From: Schmidtea nova
Lineage: Eukaryota
Length of the DNA: 64,000 nt
Direction: 5' to 3'
NCBI GenBank assembly: GCA_044892505.1
Contig: CM097883.1
Span: forward strand, 216,380,001-216,444,000
Each line of letters starts with the position of its first letter. Positions within the stretch are counted from its first letter, which is position 1. The notes beneath the pieces were generated by a model. It was not told where the DNA came from. It worked only from the letters and a program-made list of their open reading frames with translations, and searched no databases. Of this stretch, positions 1-13,895 are shown piece after piece. The translations under genes were made by a program, and so were the position numbers.

Positions 1-11
1 GGAAAAAGCCA

Positions 12-2120
12 ATGTCACCACTTTCGCCAGATGAAAACCAATCATTTGAAAATTCAACAATTTGTTACTTGTGCATGAAACATATAATAGAAAAGGTCAG
101 AGATCACGATCATTTTACAGGAAAATATATGGGTTCCGCATGTAATAAATGTAATATTTCAAGGAAAATTAATGAAATATTGCTCGTTGTGTTTCACAAT
201 TTGAAGGGTTATGATTTACACCATATCCTTAAGCATGGGTTAAATCGTTTTCCGGATTGGAATTTAAGCTGTATTCCTCTTACAACTGAAAAGTTTTTAT
301 CGCTTATTGCATACATCGGTGGAATTTCAATTAAATTTATTGATTCTTATCAGTTTGTCAATGACTCCTTAGCTAAAGCCATCAAAACATTGAACCACTT
401 ACCCATTACAAAATCAGAATTTAATGGGATTATAGTAGAATCAAAAGGAATATTTCCATATAACTTTGCCACTAGTCAAGAAGTTCTGGAAACAACAAAA
501 GAATTACCCCCAATCTGGGATGGGGTTTCAAAAGAAGAATATGAAAAAGCCCAACATATATGGAAAGAAACACGTTGTGAAACATTGATGGATTATCAGT
601 TAATTTATTTGAAACTAGACGTGTTTCTATTGGCTGATTTCTTTCAACAGTTTCGAGCCAAATCTATAGCTCATAATCGATTGGAACCATTGAATTTTTA
701 TGGAATCTCTGGAATGTCTTGGGCATCATCACTTATGACTTTAGATGAACCAATTGAACTGATACGAGAAATGGAAATGTTTAATTTTTATGAAGGAGGA
801 ATTCGTGGTGGCCTTGCTTTTGTGAACAAACATTATGATAAATCAGATGCAACTACAGAGCTATTGTACATAGATATCAATAACCTTTATGGATGGGCCT
901 TAAGTCAAAGCTTGCCGTGTGGAGACTTTAGTTGGATTCATTCAGATCTAGATAAAATCTTAGACGAATGCAAGAATTTAGAATTAGAAACGCTTCCGTA
1001 TGGCTATACCGTAGAAGTTGATTTAGAGATCTCTTCAGAAATTCATGATTTCTTGGATGATCTACCTGTAGCAGCAGAAAAGATGTGTGCTCCAGGATCT
1101 AAAGTAGAAAAGTTAATGTTGACACACTATCCAAAGAAAAATTATGTAATTCATTGGCGGTTACTTCAAATGTTTTTATCATTAGGTGTAAAAGTAATCA
1201 ATATACATAGAGCTGTTAAATTTAAACAGGCTGCTATTTTCAAGAAGTATATTGATGCAAATACTAAGTTAAGAGCTGAGTCGAATAATAGTCTCGATAA
1301 GAGTTATTATAAGCTTTTGAATAATAGTCTGTACGGAAAAACAGTCGAAAATTTGAAGAAAAGAATGAATTTGAGATTATGTAATACTGAACAGAAAATG
1401 ATAACATATGCTTCCAAGCCAACTTTTCAAAGAAGTATCAAGATTGATGATGATTTAATAGCTGCCTTACTAAATAAAGACTCTATTTGTTTGGATAGAC
1501 CCAGCTACATTGGTCAAACTGTACTGGATTTATCTAAACTTAGGATGTATCAGTTACAATATCTGGAGTTAACTAAATATCGAGCACAATTCGGTTGCGA
1601 AATAAATATTGTTGCTGGAGATACCGATAGCTTTTTCTTGGAATGTAAAAATGTTAAATTAGATACATTATTACTGGCAATGGTTAATGAGAATCTCTTG
1701 GATACGTCTAATTATCCTTCGGAACATCCACTCTTTTCCAGAAAATTGGATTCAGTTATCGGAAAGTTCAAGGATGAAAGTAAAGGCGATGGATATAAAG
1801 AATGGGTCTTTTTAAGACCAAAATGTTACAGTTTGTTAGGGGAAAAAGAGTGCAATAAAGCTAAGAGTATAACATTGAAGGATACTAAACTGAATCATCA
1901 GTCGTACCTGGATTGTTATAATAACAGCAAAAGGTTTATAGTACCACAATGTCGAATTGGTACACAAAATCATCAATTATTTAGTTTCCAGCAGTCGAAA
2001 GTTGCTTTAACAAATGCCGATGATAAAAGAATTTGGATTGAAAAGAATAAAAGTCATGCATATGGGTACTATGGTGATGAAAGAAAAATGAAAACAATTT
2101 ACGAAGAAAATAGTTTATAA
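12..2120 (+). CDS. Protein-primed family B DNA polymerase (Maverick type), 5' part outside the window
   Basis: EndoVII-like CYLC...DHDHFTG...CNKCN; exonuclease VFHNLKGYD and FIDSYQF; polymerase motifs YIDINNLYG, KLLNNSLYGKT, AGDTDS. Collinear with 46662-50708. Confidence 0.95.
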   Translation: MSPLSPDENQSFENSTICYLCMKHIIEKVRDHDHFTGKYMGSACNKCNISRKINEILLVVFHNLKGYDLHHILKHGLNRFPDWNLSCIPLTTEKFLSLIAYIGGISIKFIDSYQFVNDSLAKAIKTLNHLPITKSEFNGIIVESKGIFPYNFATSQEVLETTKELPPIWDGVSKEEYEKAQHIWKETRCETLMDYQLIYLKLDVFLLADFFQQFRAKSIAHNRLEPLNFYGISGMSWASSLMTLDEPIELIREMEMFNFYEGGIRGGLAFVNKHYDKSDATTELLYIDINNLYGWALSQSLPCGDFSWIHSDLDKILDECKNLELETLPYGYTVEVDLEISSEIHDFLDDLPVAAEKMCAPGSKVEKLMLTHYPKKNYVIHWRLLQMFLSLGVKVINIHRAVKFKQAAIFKKYIDANTKLRAESNNSLDKSYYKLLNNSLYGKTVENLKKRMNLRLCNTEQKMITYASKPTFQRSIKIDDDLIAALLNKDSICLDRPSYIGQTVLDLSKLRMYQLQYLELTKYRAQFGCEINIVAGDTDSFFLECKNVKLDTLLLAMVNENLLDTSNYPSEHPLFSRKLDSVIGKFKDESKGDGYKEWVFLRPKCYSLLGEKECNKAKSITLKDTKLNHQSYLDCYNNSKRFIVPQCRIGTQNHQLFSFQQSKVALTNADDKRIWIEKNKSHAYGYYGDERKMKTIYEENSL

Positions 2121-2564
2121 TGAAATTATGTTATGATTAATAAAAATAATTAGAAAATGTCTTAGTTTTTATTATGTTTAAATGAAATTTATAATATTTT
2201 TTTTTCTTGTAATCTGGATACTCAAGATTATTAAAAATATATATATATTTTGTGAGTGTTTATTTATTAGTGATTTAAAACGAGTTTTTAGTATTATTTA
2301 AACAAAAGACTTTATTAACCTATTGGTAATATAAAACTAATAAGTAGTTAAAGCATTGTGCCAAAATTTTAATTAAATATATTTTAAGATTTAAACCTAC
2401 TTTATCTTCCAAAATCTCCGTGAATCAATTGAAAATAAAAGTTATTTTGAAATCCCCACCAAATTTTATTTATACAAAATATTTAGAAAACCACTTTTGT
2501 TTAAACACACTAATTATTCTATACGTACTATACATAATTAAAAGTCAATATAATGTTCTTTTAC

Positions 2565-2768
2565 ACACATTTAATTACCGCCAAAGTTCATGTATACACA
2601 CCTAATTCCCACCAAAGTCTATTTACACACACCTAATTCCCACCAAAGTCCGTGTACACACACACTTTATTACCACCAAAGTACATGTACACACACACTT
2701 TATTACCATCAAAGTTGGTTTACACACACCTAATTATCACCAAAGTTTATTTACGCACACTATAATCA
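2565..2768. repeat. About 6 degenerate copies of a ~30-33 bp tandem repeat near the Maverick 0 right end
   Basis: Recurring ACACACCTAATTCCCACCAAAGT core. Confidence 0.85.
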
Positions 2769-3568
2769 TTCGATCGTAAATGTTAGGGGGGGTAAGTGGT
2801 CTAGATGTGACACATCACACTACTATCATTCAATATCTTTTTTTATATTGACATTTTATGTGATACTTATTAGATTTATATATAAATAAAAATAGTTTCT
2901 ATATTATAATATGAATAATTTTAATTTGAACAAAACCTTGCGCTTGGCCAAGCCACTACTTCTCATATAGCCAGGTATGAGATGAAGCGTTATTGGATGT
3001 TTACGCTCACTTCGATGAAAATATGGATCGGAACACTGAAAGGACTCCAGTGAACTATTGATTCACCAAAGCGAATAATGATGGTACGTAGACTAAGTGG
3101 ACCATCATCAGACATATGGAAAATTCATTAATAATAAAAAATAATACGATAATCGTAAAATAATGTGATATTAAATTTAACTTTGATGGGTTGTGTGACA
3201 AAATCTAGAAGAATAAAAGCGGGACATAACCCTATTGATGATTTTGTACTTTGAATAATTTTGATTTTAAATAATAGATTGAGGTGTTATTTGTTTCTTT
3301 GTTTCAATTTGTGTTTGTATTTTGATTAGATATAACCATGTCTGAGATTAGTTCAGAGGGAAAATATAATTAGACAATGTGAGATTTGAGTAACCACCTT
3401 GCGAAGCCATTGTAGGTCAACGATTTTTACCAGCAAAAAGAAAACTAGTAGGAGGTTCTATGAAATTTATAACATTATTTCGAATATTAAGTCAACCACC
3501 ATCATTTACCTCCGAAACTGTGCCATTGATCTATAAGTTGATAACTGTGAGGTGATAATAAGTCCTGA

Positions 3569-4164
3569 ATGACCTATCCTTTAGGCTACCCCAGGTGCGA
3601 CAGACGCATGTTCTCTAGGGATCCCCATTTCGTTATATATCTTCGTTCAGAAACTATGGACTTGACCAAACGGTTAGCAGCAAACCGTCAAGGGATGTAC
3701 ACTGTGCTACATCAAGAGAATCTAACTCTCGAAACAACCATAGTGCGCCCAACTCAGGAGATCAACCAGTTGGGAGAACTACATTTTCCCCTGCTTAAAT
3801 GTGGAAACAAATCCAAAGAATTGGAACGATCACAAAGAGTTCTGTTAGAGCAAATTTTGGAATTCGAAGCCGTGAAACTCGAGTTAAAAGCATGTCTGAG
3901 ATTGGTCGCCCAAGATTACGTTGAGAAACAATTGAAGGTCTTATTTGGCCAATTACCTTCGAAAAATGAATTCAACAATTTCCAGTCGTGAATAGCCTTG
4001 AGCTCGTTAAGGTGACGGGTCGGCATATCGTTAAACAGTCAAGACAAACACCTTCAATCGAGACCATCGTAATCCACGAGTGCTTAAAAAAGAACCAAAT
4101 GGGCGCAAGGTGCCGAAGACAACGTTGTGCGTTTTCAGAGTGTCTCGGAATACAGGTTGATTGA
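3569..4164 (+). pseudogene. Frameshifted homolog of the orphan ORF at 22213-22809
   Basis: LEFEAVKLELKACLRLVAQDYVEKQLK aligns with MEWEATKIELRKCLHSVTASYIEKELR. In another frame, KKNQMGARCRRQRCAFSECLGIQVD aligns with KRKRIGQKRRRQRKLFAQRLQSQVD. Confidence 0.7.
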
Positions 4165-4510
4165 TTGAACAGTTTAACCGATTTCAGCGCTTGCTCAAGA
4201 AATTCTTCCAATGTGAAATTTAATAAATAATTACTGAGTATATTTTCTTTGTTTGATATAAACCTCCCAGTAAATAAGCTAGGACCCTTATAAATATTGA
4301 AATGAGTGACCTAGGAAACATAGAGAAGACCTTCTATCGGCCATGAGCCCGAGAGTGTGACAATGGGGAATAGTGATCTCCACGGCCGTTCAACTGCACA
4401 ATTAGCTCACGCCGTCCAACGTGAGTTCCAACGTGAGATAATTCTAGTGAAATTTCGCGGGTTGTGCATTAAGACCTTGCCATAGACCCATAATCTACCT
4501 GCACCAACAT

Positions 4511-4627
4511 AATCTAAGATTTGACATTAAATTTGGAGCACCACTTGAAGAATCTCTTTCAGTAATTGTATATGGAGTGTTTGAAAAAGAAATATAAATC
4601 AAGTTTAATCGTACAGTGTTAGTATAA
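4511..4627 (+). pseudogene. C-terminal scrap of a Maverick major capsid protein gene
   Basis: Translates NLRFDIKFGAPLEESLSVIVYGVFEKEI*IKFNRTVLV*, matching the end of the MCP at 42888-44108 (NLRLDIKFAKPIDEPVHVIIYGLFENEVQITANRTVLV); one internal stop. Confidence 0.85.
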
Positions 4628-7600
4628 AATATTTTTAATTAATTGAAAAATAGATGAAATATGGATTTTATTTTTATTTATATTAGTTTCATTCAGATTG
4701 ATCATATTGTACGAAAAATATTGGGGAACGAATTTCTTTGAGTTTTTCCATCAGATAAAATTCCTTATATAAATGTCAACAAAGCTTTCATTGTCAATAC
4801 TCAGTCAATACACTCAAATCTTAATGATGAACACTGGCTTACAAATTATGTTAAACAAGATAAAATATGTCTTTGATACAGTGAGTTTCTATTACTTTCC
4901 TATATTAGTTTCAAAACTTCAATCGTCACTGAAGCCAATTGAATATAATAGAATTTGATATCAAAAACCAATGACAAAATCATGTGGTCAGCACTGTTTA
5001 GTTTATTTGTAAACAATGAAAAATAAATAATATTTATATAAAAAAATAAATTTTTAAGTTTAATTACTTTTAATAATTTTCTTTTAAAATATTACAATAA
5101 ATTTTGCAATTGGGTTAATTAGTAAAATACATTACATAAAAAATTTAAGGTTTTATGTTACATATCTTTAGTTTAGTCAGTATTTATGATACATTTATTA
5201 ATAGATAATATTTTTTGTAAAAATTTTAAATATAAAAATGAAATCAATTTATTTAAATATCACTTTTTATATTATTTAAATTATGTAAGTTATTTTTTTA
5301 ATATTTTTTATTTATTGTTAGATTTTATTACCAAGAAATTATTTAAAAATAAATGGAAATATTCAAGAAGATATGTCTAAAGAAGAAATAATCGAAATAT
5401 ACAAAATTATTGAATTAATTCAACTAATAGAAAATGATGATGGATTTATTCCAAATGATTTTAGAGATGGTTGTTCATTTGATTTGAATTTTATTAACTT
5501 AAATATAATATTTTAATTTGGATCAAATAAACGAACAATCAATTTTCGTACAAGCGGTAAATAAAGAACCAATTAAATTAATAACGAAGATAGCAGTTAT
5601 ATTTTGAATTAGAGATTTATAAGTACCATTTTATAATTGAAAAATTTCACTTAATAAAAATATTTTGCAGCAAATGCTTAATTTGTTATTTATTAATTAT
5701 TTAATACCTACTTAATGCTGCTGCCAAGGAATCATCATTTTATATTATTATTCTGGTTTAGGGCTAGGATATCTCTTCGACTAACTGGTGACTTTTACAA
5801 TTTTATGACTTTATGCAATGACTCCTGTTACTCGAGTTGATTGGGTTCTAATTAGATTTTTGACGGTAATCCCGAACTTTCTATTTTATCTTTCAGAGTT
5901 TCTGAAATAAATCGAATTTCTTCTGGGGTTTTCCTAAAAAATATTAAATTACTTTGTTGACCAATCGAGTTCCGGGTTTTTCTTTTTATCACAGGATTTC
6001 CCGATATATAATTTGATCGGGGTAATTGCGTTAATTTTTGTTCGCTAGGACTTCCTCTAAATCATTCAATTATTGTCTGATAACTAGGCAATTTTGTTGA
6101 TGACTGAAGTTTTACATACCGCTCGAGTTTCTCATTAGGTAATTATTTTTTTAATTAATTTCTTTTTTCTTAATATTTCTTTCTTAGGACCCTTTTTTAT
6201 ATTATTATTTTGGATTCGTCTCATCATCTAACATCCGTCCATGTCAGTTTCCCTTGTAAAATTTTAATTTTTTAATTAATTTTTATTATTATTTTTTGAA
6301 TTTACAATGATTTTATTGATTTGCAATTAGTTTTTGTCCTTTTTGTTTTATTTTGTGATCGTTTGGACAAACCATTACAAAATTTTGGAATATAAAGATG
6401 TAGTTTAATTATTCGATTTTATGATAGAAATTAAATATTTTGATATCGTTAATTTTGTTTCATTTTGAATATTGTCTAATTGCATAGTTCCTCTACATAA
6501 ATAATTGTGTTATTGAAATGCATTTAAATTGACAAAACTAATTAAAGGCTCACAATTTCGAACATCTAATTTTTTCATCGAAAGCTTTACAGCTACAACT
6601 TGGGATATTTTATTTTATCATATTGATTAATATCTTGTTCATTGTGGAATGAATTAATTAGTAATCTATCATTAAAAAATTATGACATGTGGATAGACAT
6701 GTAGTTAGAAGAAAACCCGAATGTGATCGTTTTTAATTAAATTTTGATAAAGATTTTAATAAAATTATATTTTATTATTAGTTATTTCAATAAACTAATG
6801 TAAATGGAGCAATAGTTTAGTTTCAAATGATTTTTATAAAAAGAAATGTAAAAACTTATAATTTGAAAGATATAAATTGAAAGCAAAAATTTTTGAAGAC
6901 TTGTTTTTATTTTTGTAATGAACTTTGTAATTAATTATATTTTTAAAATTATGACTGGGTTTAAAATTATGAGTAAAATTAAATCAGAATCTTCGATAAA
7001 TGAATTTGAAATAACAAAACACTTTTACTTAACAATGATGGATTATTTGAATTTGATGAAATTTTCTGTGTAAATTATGACAATAAAAACGTTTTCGAAT
7101 CAAAATGCAAAATCCTCAATGCGTCTATTCACGAGGATATAGAAGTACTTAATGAATTGTGCAAAAGTCATTATCAATTGAATCCTTCCAAAGCAGACTA
7201 TCAAACAATATGTGACAATGAACAATCATTCATATCTTTACCTTATCGACAAATAAAAATGAATAATAATAAGGAACATTAATAATAATGGAGTTGAACA
7301 CCAGCAACAAAGCATCTCAAATTTCAAAGAACCTTTCCAGCAAGTTCGAAAGTAAAAAAGAAAAATCTTAACAATTTGCCCTAATAAGAATTTCTGAATT
7401 GACAATTTATTATTTAAATGTTTCACAAAAAGCTTGCTGATATTTGATTAATTTATTAGAACGAGTTTAAGGAAATTTGAAGTGTTATCTTCGAGTAAAT
7501 GAATAGGATTTCAGTAAATGAAAAAAGAGAATAGGTGAGGAAATTGATATATATCTTCTAACATTAATCCTTGAACCCATGAGACACTAGATCATTATAA

Positions 7601-8560
7601 TTTTAGTGTCAGTGCTTACTTTTTGCTGGTATCCATCCTATGTGCTAGTACTAATGTTGCTTAGCGACATGTAGCCAAAGGTTAAACTGGTTGTGAGGTT
7701 ACTATGGAAAAGAAAAATATAAATTTACCAGTAACTCAGCATTAATAAAAAAAGATTTTTACTTACCAAAATGCATAAGTTAGAAGACGAAATGAAAAGG
7801 AAATTACATAAAATGCGTAGAAAACAGTAAATGAAATGAAATTGGCACTCTTTCTTCAAGATCTTCACTTTATTTCAATTAATATTATAAACATTAGATA
7901 AATTGTTTTAAATAATAGTGTTAGAAGATGGGCGTAGAATAGGGGTTTGAAAATTAAAATATTATATAGTGGGAAATGGAAGGTACAGAATAAGTATACA
8001 TGTGGATCGGATTGGAATGACGATTCAATAATCAATGGAAAACATCAACTTCAATGAATTTATGATTTTAGTGATTCTATATGATGATATTTTACTGTTA
8101 ATCTTATTTGAATTTTTTTTATGATGATAATTATCTATTGAATATTCATGACAATTATGCGATTAAGCTGTGACTATCTGACAATTTTTATTTTATGGGA
8201 TAATTTTATTTTGTTACTCTTAATAAAATATTTTTGACAATTAATTTTTGTAATGACAATTTAACAGCATGACAATTTATCATTTGTGATCTTGCGAACA
8301 TATATTGATATTTTTTATGGTGATGGGCAAAATTTTATATAATTTTGAAAGAATATCTTGTTTTGAAAATATTTTATGTAAATTAATTTTTTTAACTATT
8401 TGGAAAATGGATTATATTTTCATTTATATTTTAATATTTTAATTCAATAAATTATAATAATAATAATAAAATAAATAAATAATATAGATTGTTTAAATTA
8501 AAAATAAATAAATTACTGTTTAAATTATCTTTTTGTTTTCACCTTTGATCTTTTTTTTAT

Positions 8561-8691
8561 TAATATCAATAATTCCCATAATGGATGACTATAGATCAAA
8601 ATTTCTTTTATAAAGGCTGTGCCGAAAAATTGTGCACTTATTTAAAGAAATTTTAATCTATATTCATCCATTATGGGAATTATTGATATTA
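8561..8691. repeat. Inverted repeat, ~48-bp arms with 2 mismatches and a ~34-nt spacer
   Basis: TAATATCAATAATTCCCATAATGGATGACTATAGATCAAAATTTCTTT at 8561-8608 is the reverse complement of 8644-8691 apart from two substitutions. Confidence 0.85.
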
Positions 8692-8869
8692 AAATTACTG
8701 TTTGTTTAAAAAAATTATATTTATGACCTACAAAGGTCAGCAAAATGAAATAATATTCCAAGGTTAAACAATAATTTTGAAAACAATTCTGCTTTGAAAA
8801 CAACTCTATTTTCAAAACAATTTCAATAAACTCATACATTAAAGGAACAACATTGTGAATCTAATAATA

Positions 8870-9201
8870 ACTTCTGAAACCATCTCTACACCATTCGTTC
8901 ATTGACGACCTTGCTCCTAAACACATCACTCATATTTCGTACCGTTTGTCTTGCATTAGACCCACGACGGAACTCGTATTCAAAAATGACACGAATTTTT
9001 GAAATATCCATTGTTTAGAAAAGTTGCTCTACAAATGCCAATTTATAATAAAATCAGATATTTAAATATGCACTATAAAAAGTAATTACCTATTTACGCA
9101 GTAAAACAAAAACAAATAACTTTCGAGCTCAATTATTTAAAATATCAAATGTCAAACTTTGGATTTTGAAAATCCGACATTTCATACTTAATGACCTAAT
9201 A
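8870..9201 (-). mobile_element. 5' fragment of a mariner (Tc1/mariner) transposon
   Basis: From ATG 9011: MDISKIRVIFEYEFRRGSNARQTVRNMSDVFRSKVVNERMV*RWFQK, a mariner N-terminal HTH with a premature stop. The upstream end TA+TTAGGTCATTAAGTATGAAATG resembles a mariner TIR. Confidence 0.8.
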
Positions 9202-10292
9202 AATAAATCTCGAAAAATTATTTAGAACAATTACATTCCTTCGATAGTATCGAGTTTCACAACAAGAGTTTCCGACTAAGAATAGATTCTAAATCGTATG
9301 GAGACGAGATAAACTAAAGAATTGGGTTTCAAAGTTACGCTAACTGTTGTTTTAATTTATATTAAATTAAAAGTTTGATACCAAAAAATACCATGAAATT
9401 AAAGTGTCCTTCCCGTCACACATTATCTCTGAATATCTTGATTTAACAAATATTATATGCCATCATAAATGAATCTTATAAAAAGTTAATATTTTTTCAT
9501 TCATACACCAGATTGTAATCACTTAGACAAGGCTATGAGACGTACATTTTATATTGTGTCGAAGTTTGTCTAAAATGTTTCAACATGAGACAAACGTGCA
9601 AGGAGATTGAAGTCAAATTAATAAAAACTGAAAAATGTAAAATTTATATAAAAATTAAAAATTGACAGATGCTGGGTGAAATTGGTATGTACGGAAGGCT
9701 AATGTAGAGACGAGTACGTAAATGATAATAAAATATCAATGGAAGATCCGTAGAAAAAGATATTCAATAAAAATTAAATATTAATGAATAATATATTTGT
9801 TATGGTTAATAGTAATGAAACGAGTCAATTGGAAAATCGAAAAGGAACTCTACAAAAATCAAATTATCCGAGTCTCAGGCAAAAATAATTGAGTTAATTG
9901 AGAAAATGAAAAGCGTGTCAGCTGGAATATATTACTGGAATAAAGAATAGTGCGGAGTGTTTTGCAAAAATTTTAAATTCTATTGATTTATCGTTTGTAA
10001 ATTGTGTAATTCAATAAAATCGATTGAGTTAGGTTTTAGTGATTTTCAATTATATAAGCACGAGAAGTCAGAGAAGAAACGGTTCCTCTTATCCCATTTT
10101 ATCACAGAAATAGTTGACACTGTGAACCCAAGTCCCAAGATTTGTGAAAAATAGTACCTAATCGATTTTTATACAAACTGCAAACAGGGTAATATTTATT
10201 ATATTAAATATAATTTTTACAAAAAATTTTAGATAATAGAAAACTCTCATTTAATTTTTATTAGTAAAACATAATAATACAGATTAATTAAT

Positions 10293-13200
10293 TTAAAATG
10301 CAAATTTCGCTCTGATTTTCTCCAAATTTTTCGCAATATCACTCGGTTCTTTTCCCAATTCGAAACTGATTGATCTTTGTTTGGATATTTCTAAAGTCGA
10401 GAAAATTTCACACAAATCCCCATCAATAACGTTCTTGCAGGGAAAATAATAAGATCTGTAATGCAAGTGATCCCTCCCCACTAACGAAACATTTTCCGCG
10501 CGAATATGTGATTCAAGAGTCTGGAAAAATTCATAAAAATCATTGCTTTGAAAGGGAACAAGAATTCCAATTCCACCGTTGATAGTTGTATAAACCAATG
10601 ACTCCAAGCCGCTGGGATTTAAAGTGGCTTTCTGTAGACTAGTGACGACTTCCCCGACATAGAAATGGCACAGAACCTCCACCTTCTGACTAGCCCCGCC
10701 TAAATGGCCCCGTTCCCACAGGGCTTTACTGCCGCTGGGATCCTCTTCGACGTCATCTGTTACGTCTTTCGGTAATCTCACTACGGAAATGTTTCCGAAC
10801 TTGTCGGCAGTGGCACAGGTGTCGTTATCAAGCACACAAATGTGGTTCACCCATCGCGTGGTTGTGTCATCGGCAAATATCACCAGCTGGTTCTCGGGCC
10901 GTCGGTGATATTTCACCCAAAATATACTGTCTTGCATGTCGGCAACCACGATGCGACTCTTATGGGCTTGTATTGTCACGATTCGATATGGGAAATTCTG
11001 GAATTAATCAGGTAATATACTCAGAGGGGGTTCCAAAAAAATTAGTCTTTATAAAAATTGAAATTAATCTTGAATGGAAAAGAATGGTAAAAGTATAAAA
11101 TGTTAACTTTTATTCTCGTCCAATTTAATTTTTTCGAAAAAATCAATAAAAGAAAATATTTGTTACAAGAAATATAGTAAAAGGTTTTCGGGGTTCAAGA
11201 AGTGTCTGTAGGTAGAAGCAGATCTATTGTATGATAAAGTTCAAAGTTATACTTTAAAGGATAAATGAAATAGGGTTTTATAGTATTAGAGAGTACCAAT
11301 ATTTCATTTATTAGTGTTCTTTTGGTCATTGTGAAGATTTATATATAATTATATTCTATATAAATAATACAAAATAAAAGTATAAGTGGCCAGGCGATAA
11401 AGAATAAGATATATACGTCTATATTGTATTAAAATTCATCTAAAATATAATTATAAGTTATCAAAAACACTAATAAATTAAATATTAATACTATCCAATG
11501 AAATATTATCACTATCCTATGGGATATTATCACTAGACAATGAGATATTAATACTATCCAATGAAATATTAACACTATCCAATGGGTTATTAATATTATC
11601 CAATGAGATATTAATACTATTCAATGAGTTATTAATACTATCCAATGAGATATTAATACTATCCAATGAAATGTTAACACTATCCAATGAGATATTATCA
11701 CTATCCAATGAGATATTAATACTATCCAATGAAATATTAACACTATCCAATGGGATATTAATACTATCCAATGAAATATTAATACTATCCAATGAAATAT
11801 TAACACTATCCAATGGGTTATTAATATTATCCAATGAGATATTAATACTATTCAATGAGTTATTAATACTATCCAATGAGATATTAATACTATCCAATGA
11901 AATGTTAACACTATCCAATGGGATATTAATACTATCCAATGAAATGTTAACACTATCCAATGGGATATTAATACTATCCAATGGGATATTAATACTATCC
12001 AATGGGATATTAACACTCCAATTAAATATTAACAGCTATTTTTTTAACAATTGTCATTTTGTATGAGGCTTTTACTGACTGAAACGGTTGCAGCATCTGA
12101 AAATTAGATATATTCCGCGCACAAAAAGCAAGAACTGGGTCAAAGTGATAAAACCGAATGTATATATATATATATATATAGGGTTCTTGTGGATTGCATA
12201 ATTCGAAATAAATTAAATATTACCCAAAATTTCATTATTAATAGATCGGCTTACTTTTGACTTTTTGCGGGTTGGCTTATATGCGAGTACATACGGTACG
12301 TGTATTTTTCTATACTCTTCTTTTGTTATATTGTAGGTGCTCTTAGTAAATAATCCTTAAATTGTGTCTGTTTATCTCCTATTTTACGCACTTTATTGTA
12401 AGTTCTATTTTAGTGTCTACATTTTTTGAAAATTTTGATTTGATTTGATTTATTATAATTTTTAAATTATTTTTTTTATTATAAAGATTTAACATTTAGC
12501 AATAATTTTTTAAAATTATTTTAAATTTAATGTAACACTTTATTTAAGCGTTTTTTTTTGAAAATTTCTTATAATTTTTCTTATAATTTTTACTTCTTAT
12601 AATTTTTTAATATTAAAATTATTTATTTTAATTTTAAAAATATTACTTTTTAAATTAAGTTTTTTATTTATAAAGAATTCTTATTTTTCATAAATTTTTT
12701 TAATTATTTTAAATTAAATGTAACAAATCTTATTTTAGCGTTTACATTTATTCAAAATTTTAATATGATCTTATTTTTTATGATAATTTTTTTAATTTAA
12801 AAAAATCATTTTGAAGCAATTTTTTTATTTTAATAAATTTTTAAAAATTATTTTTAATTTAATTTAACACTATTTAAGCGTTTATTTTGCTGAAATTTTT
12901 CATCTGATCTTATTTCTTATAATTTTTCTAATATTAAAATTTTTTATTTTAATTTTAAAAAATATTACTTTTTAAATTAAGTTTTTTATTTTTCTTATTT
13001 TGCATAATTTTTTTTAGTTATTTTAACGCAAAAAATAAAATTTGTTACATTTAATGAAAATTTTGATCTCATTGTATTTTATTATGATTTTTAAANNNNN
13101 NNNNNNNNNNNNNNNNNNNNNNNNNNNNNNNNNNNNNNNNNNNNNNNNNNNNNNNNNNNNNNNNNNNNNNNNNNNNNNNNNNNNNNNNNNNNNNNNNNNN

Positions 13201-13839
13201 NNNNNNNNNNNNNNNNNNNNNNNNNNNNNNNNNNNNNNNNNNNNNNNNNNNNNNNNNNNNNNNNNNNNNNNNNNNNNNNNNNNNNNNNNNNNNNNNNNNN
13301 NNNTTATTTATTATTATTATGTTATTATTATTTTAATTATCATCATTATCATTTATTTTTTTTATTATTTTTGGTATTTTCCGGTTAAAATAATAATAAT
13401 AAAATTAAAATAATGATGATGATTCTGTTGTTTATTGCCTAAATTGGTTTAAAAAGATTTTAAATTGACACTGTTCATTTTTTGATGAGGTCGAGATAAC
13501 CGGAAAGTACCTACTTTTATTTATTTTTAAAAAAATTATATTTTGAATTATTTTCTTTTTATCTATAAAGATTTATCATTTTGCATTGTCTAAGCGCCAA
13601 ATAATTGTGCTTACTTATAGATAGTAAAATTTTGAATAGATGACATGGAATGGTGCATAATAGATCAAAAATTTTAACAAGAAATGTAATATGATGCAAA
13701 GAGTCCCAAAAAATGTTATCAATTGAAATAGTGGATTATTTGCACTGATTTACAGAAATATATTAAAAAAAACAATTATTTGACATGCGCACGTGACAAA
13801 CCCGTTTGCAGCGAGCAAGCATTTGAGATCATTCAATAC

Positions 13840-13895
<56 letters not shown>

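Larger units (their letters stand above)
1..2824 (+). mobile_element. Right-hand part of a Maverick/Polinton (element 0): PolB followed by the terminal region
   Basis: Protein-primed PolB ORF, then tandem repeats, a G7 run at 2786-2792 and the end ...CACATCACACTACT at 2824 (reverse complement AGTAGT..., the typical Polinton terminus). PolB is the last gene before the right end, as in the complete element. The left end is outside the window. Confidence 0.75.

Noticed and set aside
7023-7281. ATG-less coding-like stretches (7023-7281 plus strand; ~19700-19930 and ~19440-19560 minus strand)
   Set aside because: No recognisable motif or convincing splice partners; may be decayed genes or transposons but not supportable.
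11517-12066. Repetitive ORFs (DSINIPL / LSNEILI / HWIVLI) that look like leucine-rich repeats
   Set aside because: Products of a 21-bp intronic minisatellite that is open in several frames.
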